Assembly (NCBI GenBank): GCA_951406725.2 | Contig: OX597831.1 | Location: 26,722,001 to 26,786,000 of the forward strand | Direction: 5' to 3' | DNA length: 64,000 nt | Source: Octopus vulgaris | Lineage: Eukaryota | Shown here: positions 54,545 to 64,000 of the stretch, piece by piece | Layout of the letters: each line of letters opens with the position of its first letter | Numbering within the stretch: position 1 is the first letter of the stretch | Made by a program: the position numbers and the translations under genes | The notes under the pieces: generated by a model | The model's input: only the letters and a program-made list of their open reading frames with translations | What the model was told of the DNA's origin: nothing | Database searches by the model: none

Positions 54545-55127
54545 GAGGTTTAGAGGAAAGTATCATACAGAAGAATTCCTTTACCTCAGGCGCCTACATA
54601 ATCTGTAAAAGTGAGGTTTTTTGCTCGTACCTTCATGAGCGTAGATGTACCTTAGCAAAGTAAACAGCCGCGCAATAAATATAAACATCAGACGTCATCC
54701 CCATCCGTGTTTTCCCTTTCTGAATCCAGATTAAATTGATAAATGCAAGCTCATATCCGCAAGCATGTACGCGATCACTCATAATTTAGAATTAACCCTA
54801 CCGCGTAATCCTTCGAACCTTCTCCCTACCCCTACACCTCTCTCTTACCTGGCCATCCCCCACCCCTAGCTTCTGCTCCCTGATCAGAGATGCACATATC
54901 TTGTCAGCCACTATAGGGACATGCTCAACTGGTTACGGTCAAACAACTGACAAGCATAATCATGGTATTGAGCAGAATATTTGCTGTAGCCATAAATTTC
55001 ATTACGTTTTATACCAAGACAAAACAACGTGTGACATTTTTAGGCTTCCAATGGCAATGTTAAGATCAGAAGCCATGAGAGTTATTATTATTATTATTAT
55101 TATCATTATTATTATTATTATTGAAAC

Positions 55128-55200
<73 letters not shown>

Positions 55201-55203
<3 letters not shown>

Positions 55204-55578
55204 TAGTTTTATTTTTATAGCGTGCTTTCACTTCACTACCGAGCGCAGCTCTGTGTGCCTTAGGTATGTGCTGTGATTTGTTGTGATGCTCTGATGGTTA
55301 TTGTATGGAAAGCGTTCTGCGTAGGATGTGTACAGTGCCTAGTAGTGCAATTTTCTGTATGTTATATGTGTTTGTAAGTCCTGGTGTTTTTGTTATGTAT
55401 TTGTCTGAATATTTTTTTATTATGCCTAATGCACCTATTATGATAGGAATTGTTTCTGTTTTTAGATTCCACATTCTGGTTACCTTTATTTCCAGGTCTT
55501 TGTATTTTGAAAGTTTCTCCATTTCTTTTAGAGACACGTTGTCATCCGCTGGTATTGATACATCAATTAGGAAACATA

Positions 55579-55580
<2 letters not shown>
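55201..55580 (-). pseudogene. R4/Dong-type RLE LINE 3' end inserted in (TAA)n
   Basis: CFLIDVSIPADDNVSLKEMEKLSKYKDLEI..IPIIIGALG..IQKIALLGTVHILRRTL*; (ATT)n on both sides. Confidence 0.88.
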
Positions 55581-55654
<74 letters not shown>

Positions 55655-56256
55655 GATCATTATTATTACTGTTATTATTATTAAGGCGGCGAGCTGACAG
55701 AATCGTTAGCATGCCTGGTTAAAAGCTTATCGGTAATTCGCCCGTCGCTACGTTCTGAGTTCAAATTCTGCTGGGGTCTACTTTGCCTTTCATCCTTTCA
55801 GGGTCGATAAATTAAGTACCAGTGAAACATTGGGGGTCAATGTAATCGAATATCCCACCTCCTCGGCAATTTCAAGCCTTATGCCTATCGTATAAAAGAT
55901 TGCTATTATTTTTGTTTTTCTTTTTGTGTATATGTGTGGTCCGTGTGTGTGTCCGTGTGTGCTGTAACCCATCCTTCGATAATGTCCTCCATGTCTTGGG
56001 CCCTTGTGGCCAATAAAAGAAATCATTATTATCATTGTTGTTGTTGATGATGATGATGATCATCATCATCATCGTCATCATCATCATCATCATCATGGTG
56101 GTGGTGGTGGTGGTGGTGGTGATGATGATCATGGTGATGGTGCTGACGATGATTTATTGGCACTATTACCTAATATGAGTGCCTACTTTTTCTGACTCAT
56201 TGACGTTTAGAAAACTATACACACGCACATGTACGTGTGTATATATAAATATATAC

Positions 56257-56374
<118 letters not shown>

Positions 56375-56594
56375 TATATATATACACATATACGTATGTG
56401 TCCATATATATATAGAGAGAGACATGTTACCTTTGTCAGCAAGCGCCAAGGCAGAGATTGTTTGAAATGTATTCGTTGATGACGTAATGAGTTGATGATT
56501 TATTTAATAAACAAAACCGAAAGGCCGTAAACATCGAAAGATTTAATGTTTCACTCCCCGCCTCTTTCCACCCAATTCTCTCGCTTTCTGTGTA

Positions 56595-56626
<32 letters not shown>

Positions 56627-56778
56627 TATGTGTGTATGTGTGTATGTGTGTGTGTGTGTGTGTACGTGCGTTTTTTTCTGTTTGCATGAGGCTGTATATG
56701 TATATACGGATGTATGTCTATCTATTTATTTATCTCTCCACCTATCTAGTTATCTATCTATTTGTCTTTACATCTCAT

Positions 56779-56826
<48 letters not shown>

Positions 56827-56841
56827 GATAGATAGATAGAT

Positions 56842-57162
<321 letters not shown>

Positions 57163-57336
57163 CACACACATACATTTATGTGTGCATGTATATAGAAATT
57201 AGGTACAAATGAAAAAAAGCACTCAATAAATTGTGCGGCATGTCCCCAACCCACTCCTTAAACAATGGATTATTTATTTTTCATGATGTGCTGAGTCCCG
57301 TTGAAACTGAGTTGTTTTAGCACTTGCTGATTTATA

Positions 57337-57385
57337 TATTTCCTGAAGAGAAGACAATTATCTCCGAAACAAACCTATAAAATGT
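57337..57385 (+). ncRNA. Degenerate hammerhead motif
   Basis: CTGAAGA gaaga caatta tctcc GAAA; stems I and III no longer pair well. Confidence 0.4.
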
Positions 57386-58374
57386 TTCTGTGCATATCTG
57401 AATGGCATGTCATTATTTGCTACGCTTTCAAGTGGCAAGTCGATATTTGCCCTTATGCAACACGGTGAAACCTGAGGATTTGAGAGCTTCGCTGTTGTGT
57501 TTTGCAATATTTTGAAGATTTTGAACTTCATTATATGATGTTACCATACAATAAAATTCTTTAAAGAAACGATTGTAGCGATACCTTATAATCCATTCGT
57601 TTTCTTTTATCGCTCTATGTATGTATATGTTATGCAAATTGTGCTATGATTTGAGCGATTTCTCTTGATAGAAAAGGGAATGCGCATTTGATGATTAGAG
57701 AGAGAGAGAGAGTGACCATTTTGAATAAAATACGTTGAATCGAAATTAGTTTCTCTGAATCAGGAGGTCATACATAACAATCAAAGAAACTGACTTCGAA
57801 ATCTTGAAGAAGTTGTTGCATAATCTGTAGAGAAAGAAATTAATGAAAAGACGAGTACGAATTGGGAAGGATACCATATATGGAAAGATACGTGAAACCG
57901 GACAGATTGAATGCCGACCCAAACTCCACAAATGCTAACAAGACTTTTAATCATTAGTTTAGAACTTTCACCAGCTTTATAGACTCACTACCAGGGCAGG
58001 ATGGTAAGATTATCGATAAACTCAATCTTTTGATTAATTGTGTGGAACCGAATGCATACGAATTCATCAGTGAAGTTAAGAACTATGAACAAGCTGTAAA
58101 TACACTGAAGAGTGTGTATATTAAACCAAAGAGCGTCATAAAAGCATGCCATCTTTTGGCCACAAGAAAACAGAAATCCGGAGAATCTCTAGACCAGTTC
58201 TTAAACGAACTCAAAATATGACGCAACAGAGTTCAAGTGTCTTTTCAAACTCTGAGTGTGCCAACTTCAGTCCAACGGCACCGTTCGTAAGCCAAGCCAA
58301 TTGATTCCCCAAAGCCGGAAAAAGAACGCTCTGCTGAGTCGTTGTCCTGCGCGGAAAGCAGTCTGTCACAAATG

Positions 58375-58376
<2 letters not shown>

Positions 58377-58438
<62 letters not shown>

Positions 58439-58622
58439 CGGAGTAAACACATAAATGTGAAACAAGGTGGAAAAAGAGTACTCAAATACCAGTGGTAGAG
58501 TAATATGCTTTATTTTAAGCAGAGAAAATTCAACAAAATCTGTTACCGATTTCTCGTTGCCGTTCAACGAACGGCAACGAGAAACTAGAGTATTTTGTTG
58601 AATTTTCTGCTGCTTAAAATAA

Positions 58623-58681
<59 letters not shown>
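58377..58681. mobile_element. (TA)n-flanked fold-back insert (Penelope-like end) inside the gag zinc knuckle
   Basis: Inverted arms 58510-58565 and 58569-58622, centred on ttctcgttgccgttc aac gaacggcaacgagaa. Confidence 0.65.
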
Positions 58682-58682
<1 letters not shown>

Positions 58683-60742
58683 GGCATTTTGGAAAACTTT
58701 GTCGGAGCAATGCAGTAACTGTGACACACAAAAATGATAAATACGATGTACATTTGACAGTATCAGCATCAGCAGGTTCACCATTCCGAGTAACCTCCAT
58801 GGTTATTCTGAACAATACTTGCAAAACCGAAGCATTAATTGATTGCGGTAGCACTGAGTAGAGTTTCATCAGTGAGAAGCTAGTGAACATACTCAATATC
58901 AAAACAGTCAAATCGAAGAACATCATTGGTATGACTTCTGCATCTCTTTCTGTGGAAACCAAGGGATACTGCACTGTTTCACTAACCCAGGATAATCAGA
59001 TGTACTATAATGTGACACTGTACGTCCTCAGAAACTTGTGCACTGACCTAATTCTGGGAACTGACTTCCAAGAACAGCATGAAAGTATTACCATACAATG
59101 CGGAGGACAGACACTACCATTAATGTTTACTGCGCTAACAGCTATGAAAATTGATCCCCCAAAGCTATTCGCACATCTCCAGAAGGACTGTAAGCCTATT
59201 GCTGCCAAATTGCGAAAATACTTGGAACGTGATCGAGAGTTCAAGACGGAAATACGCCGCCTAGCAGATGCGAAGATTATTGAGCCCAGTAATTCTCCTT
59301 GGAAATCACAAGTGCTAGTTGTTCGAGAAAAAATCTAAGCGAAGAATGGTGATTGTCTATTCAGAGACAATTAACAAATATACACAGCTTGATGCCTACC
59401 CTTTTCCTAAAATCGATGAGTTAGTAAACACTATTACCCAATATATCGTCTACAGTACTATAAACTTACGTTCAGTATACCATCAAATTCCTCTATCAGA
59501 GAAGGATCTTCAATACACTGCCTTTGAAACTGATGGTAAATTATGGCAGTATACCAGGATGCCATTCGGAGTAACTAACGACATGTTTCCAACGTTTAAT
59601 AGATGACTTTGTGAGTAAATACAAGCTGCGAGATACGTTCCCATTCATAGACAATTTAACTATATGTGAGAAAGATCAAAATGACCTCGATAAGAATTTA
59701 TAAAAATTTGAAATGGCAGCAAAAGGTGAAGAGATTACCATGAATGAAGAGAAATGCGTTTACTCAACGACTCTAGATTTTCTTGGATACCGTGTCTCAT
59801 ACAATACCCTCAGCCCTGACCCAGAAAGGCTTGCTCCACTCCTCAATCTTCTTACACCAAACAACCAGAAATCATTAAAACGTATATTCGGTATGTTTTC
59901 TTATTATGCTAAGTGAATCTCCAAATTTTCTGACAAAATATATCCTCTCAATAACGTATCAAAAATTTCCTCAAACAGCCAACGAGTAAAAGCATTTGAG
60001 TCATTGAAGATAGAAATAAGTACTGATGCTGTTATTCAAACGGTAGATGAGAATATTCCATTTTCTGTTGAGACGGATGCTTCGGACTTTGCTATATCTG
60101 CAACACTAAATCAAGATGGAAGACCAGTCGCGTTCCTTTCTCGCACGCTACAAGGTAACGAACAATACCACTCCTCTGTTGAAAAGGAACCCAAGCAATT
60201 ATCGAATCAATTCATCATTGGAGACACTTTCTTCTAGGTAGACATTTTTACATTAATTACTGATCAACGTTCTGTTGCATTCACTTATAATTGTAAAGCA
60301 ACGAGCAAAATTAAAAATGATAAAATCACAAGATGGCGCATTGCGTTATCTCCATACGCATATGATAATCACTATCGCCCAGGATCTAATAACATCGCTC
60401 CGGATGCATTCACTAGGGTACGCTGTTCAGCAATCAGTTCACATTCACTTAGTCATCCTGGTGTAGTACCCTTCGTCATTCTGATCGTGGAACTGCCTTT
60501 AAGCCTACACAATTGAGAAGATGGCTCCTTAATAAGGGCATTGCAAGAAGGAGGACAACAACGTACAATCTCACTGGGAACAGTCAAGTTGAAAGATATA
60601 ACGGTACTCTTTGGTAATCAGTACTACTCTCTTTGAAAACTCGTGCCTTCCAATATCTTCTTGGGAAACAGTTCTTCCAGATGCGCTGCATTCAATCAGA
60701 TCTCTGCTTTGTACGTCCAACAACGCTTCTCCTCATGAATGT

Positions 60743-61048
60743 GGAGGCACATGTCCTAGTGGTTAGAGCAGCGGACTCGCGGTCGAAGGATCACGGCTTC
60801 GAATCTCAGACTGGGCGATGTGTGTATTTATGAGCAAAACACCTAAACTCCATGCGGCTCCGGTAGAAGGTAATGGCGAACTTCTGCTGACTCTTCCGCC
60901 ACAACTTTCTCTCCCTCTTTCCTCCTGCATCTTGCAGCTCACCTGCGACGGACCGGCGTCCCGTCCAGGTGGGGAAACTATACGCCAAGGAAACTAGGAA
61001 ACCAGCCCTTCTAAGCCAGGCATGCCTCGAGAAAGAACAAAACAACAA
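60743..61048 (+). mobile_element. Family D-headed SINE with an alternative tail, (AAC)n end and 14-bp TSD, inserted in integrase
   Basis: CTCCTCATGAATGT at 60729-60742 and 61049-61062. Confidence 0.92.
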
Positions 61049-61654
61049 CTCCTCATGAATGTCGCTTTAACCATCAAAGACGTTCAGCTGCAGGAACATC
61101 TATGCCATCATGGCTTCTCAACCCAGGACCTATGCTTGTGCAAAAGAACAATCACACTAGCAAGTATGACCCTATCGTTGACCAAGTTGATTTAATCGAA
61201 GCAAACCCCCTACACGCTCAAGTTCGTTACCCAGACTGTCGCGAAACAATTGGCATCAGCGGGAAAAAATTAACCCTGACATTTGTCGTCCATCAAGAGT
61301 CAGACAGAGATCTAATTGACATGTCTTCACTTCCTAGACATAAACCTCTAAAACAACATGAAGAATCCCCTCAACTGCGTCGATCTCAAAGAATTCGGAA
61401 AGCCCCCGGAATCTATAAATTCTTTTTCTTTTTAAAGTGGGAGTAAATGGTATTCAAATTGTGCTATGATTTGAGTGATTTTCCCTTGATATAAAGGGAA
61501 TGTGTATTTGATGATCAGAGAGAGAAAGAGTGACCGTTTTGAATAACATAGGTTGAATCAAGAATTTTGTGAATAAGGCTATGACGCTTTACAGTTTTGG
61601 ACTATGACTGGAAATTAGTTTCTTTGAACCAGGAATTACTATTCATACATAACA

Positions 61655-61725
<71 letters not shown>

Positions 61726-61764
61726 TGAGTGTGTACGCGTAGGTGTTTGCGTGTGTATGTGGGG

Positions 61765-62000
61765 GTGGCTGGTTTATTGGTTAGGATGTTGCACTCGTGA
61801 TCGTAAGAGTGTGGTTTCGATTCTTGGACGGGGAAATGCTTTGTGCAAAACACACCATTTCACGTTCTTCCAATCGTCTCGGCTGGTAAGAATGAGTAAA
61901 TCCTGTGACGGACCGGCGTCCAATTCAGTCATGTTAGGGAATTTATATACTTCATAGAATGATGGAAACTTGTATTATCAGCCCAAGGCTAAAAAGGGAC
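61765..62000 (+). mobile_element. Old tRNA-headed SINE sharing the cctg(c/t)gacggaccggcgtcc segment; similar copy at 33312-33545
   Basis: ggtttcgattc B-box; the central motif is shared with 60940-60970. Confidence 0.65.
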
Positions 62001-62024
62001 CTCCGGCCCGTTCATATATAATGC

Positions 62025-62057
<33 letters not shown>

Positions 62058-62177
62058 TGTATGTATGTATGTATGTATGTATGTATATGTATGTGTATAG
62101 ATATATACAAACATATGTACAAATATACGTACACAAACACACGCGCATATATATATACACACACACACACACATATG

Positions 62178-62210
<33 letters not shown>

Positions 62211-62277
62211 GTATACATACATGAGTGTATCTATATGTATGTTTGTGTTTGAATATATATATATTTTCCTTTTTTAC

Positions 62278-62381
<104 letters not shown>

Positions 62382-62555
62382 TTATATATATAAATATATT
62401 TATATATATATATAGATATAGATATATAATATAATGTAAAAAAGAAAAAAATGAGTGGCGGAGTGTGTGAAATAGGTAGAGTCCGATTTATAGATAAATT
62501 TAATAGAGAAAGACACACACATGAAAGTAATATTACGTCGCAGAGAAATTGCAAA

Positions 62556-62590
<35 letters not shown>

Positions 62591-62815
62591 TGTGTGCGTG
62601 CGTGCGTATGGGTGTGTGTGTGTGTGGAGAGAGAAAAGAGGAAGTGATGAGAAGTGGGGAATGATGTCACACCCACGCCGGTATAAAATCAGGTGAGTGA
62701 TTCAAAATAACTCCACGCTTCTTCATCAACCTCCCCATACTCTACAGTCAAACACACAGACATACATAGATCTATAGACATACATATATACATACACATT
62801 GACAAACTCACGCAC

Positions 62816-62868
<53 letters not shown>

Positions 62869-63084
62869 CATCTGAATATACATATATATATATCTATATA
62901 TATATATATATATATATATACAACAGTATTGATCACATTGTTGTTCATATACATAATGTAAAATGGGATGTTTTTGCAAATAATGATGTAATGCATGACT
63001 TCTGTAGGTGTTAGTGTGTCTCCATATATATATATGTGTGTATTATATATATATATGTGTATGTGCGTGTATTATTTATATGTT

Positions 63085-63136
<52 letters not shown>

Positions 63137-63294
63137 TACATACACACATACACCCACACACATATATATAAATGAATAGAAAATGAAATTATACAATTTT
63201 CAATTAAAAAATAAAAATTTATTAACATATATTATATTCTTATTTTAATATAATATAATATAATAAAGGATAAAAATTAAATAAAAATTGTATG

Positions 63295-63339
<45 letters not shown>

Positions 63340-63501
63340 TGTGTGTGTGTATATATATATGTATATATGTATGTATGTATGTATGTATCTATATGAACAT
63401 ATTTATGTTTCTATATATCGTATATATTCATATATACGATATATATGATTTATATATGTGTGTGTATATGTACATATAAAAATTCATACCTATATCTACA
63501 G

Positions 63502-63532
<31 letters not shown>

Positions 63533-63594
63533 CATATGTATATATGTATGTATATATATATATACATATTTATATATGTATATATACATATATG

Positions 63595-63648
<54 letters not shown>

Positions 63649-63856
63649 GACATATATTCTTATATATCAGTGTATGGAAAGAGAGAAAGCGGGAGATAGA
63701 AACATCCACAAATGCATAGACATTCGTGCATTAATACGTACATACACACACACACACATATATATATATAGATAGATAGATACATACATACAAACATATA
63801 TATATGTATGTATATGTGTGTATGTTCGTTTACATATATACATATATATGTGCCTG

Positions 63857-63904
<48 letters not shown>

Positions 63905-64000
63905 CATACATACATACATACATACATACATAAATGCAGTCACACAGATACATACATACATACATACATACATACATACATACATACATACATACATGCA

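Larger units (their letters stand above)
57880..61446 (+). pseudogene. gag-pol pseudogene of the gypsy element
   Basis: MERYVKPDRL.. gag; CHKC..HFGKLC knuckle; LIDCGS protease; PSNSPWKSQV, YPFPKIDEL, RMPFGV, FIDN RT; ETDASDFAISATL RNase H; HSDRG..QVERYN integrase. Many stops and frameshifts, and the integrase N-terminal core is deleted near 60470. Confidence 0.9.
57628..61654 (+). mobile_element. Ty3/gypsy LTR retrotransposon, decayed; LTRs at 57628-57779 and 61448-61654
   Basis: The LTRs are direct repeats. The 5' LTR has TGTTATG..CATAACA ends, and a purine tract aaagtgggagtaaa precedes the 3' LTR. Domain order is gag-PR-RT-RH-IN. Confidence 0.93.

Noticed and set aside
62660-62720. TATAAAA followed by a caggtgagt donor-like site
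   Set aside because: The spacing is too short for a TATA-TSS-exon arrangement and there is no other support.

Overview
AT-rich, microsatellite-saturated animal genomic DNA with no convincing host protein-coding exon. The SINE families and the repeat landscape look like a coleoid cephalopod, probably Octopus (inference, no search run). Almost all ORFs in the supplied track are translations of (TA)n, (CA)n, (TAGA)n, (GGT)n and similar repeats. The real content is: four tRNA-headed SINE families (about 40 copies or fragments, often nested); decayed LINE fragments (R4/Dong-type RLE x3, RTE, CR1, Tx1/L1, Penelope GIY-YIG end); a decayed near-full-length Ty3/gypsy LTR element (57628-61654); Tc1/mariner relics and a MITE; and two non-autonomous Helitrons. 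The most notable signal is a dense set of hammerhead-ribozyme motifs in short Penelope-like modules, many of them next to (TA)n. These include a canonical type I hammerhead, minimal hammerheads with a U3-A8 covariant core, and a family with an extra nucleotide after A9. Two unrelated-looking sequences (11804-11913 and 52431-52550, minus strand) fold into the same non-circularly permuted, pseudoknotted hammerhead architecture, with different sequences in equivalent helices. Several modules occur as fold-back inverted repeats. All structures were read by eye and none was computed or tested.
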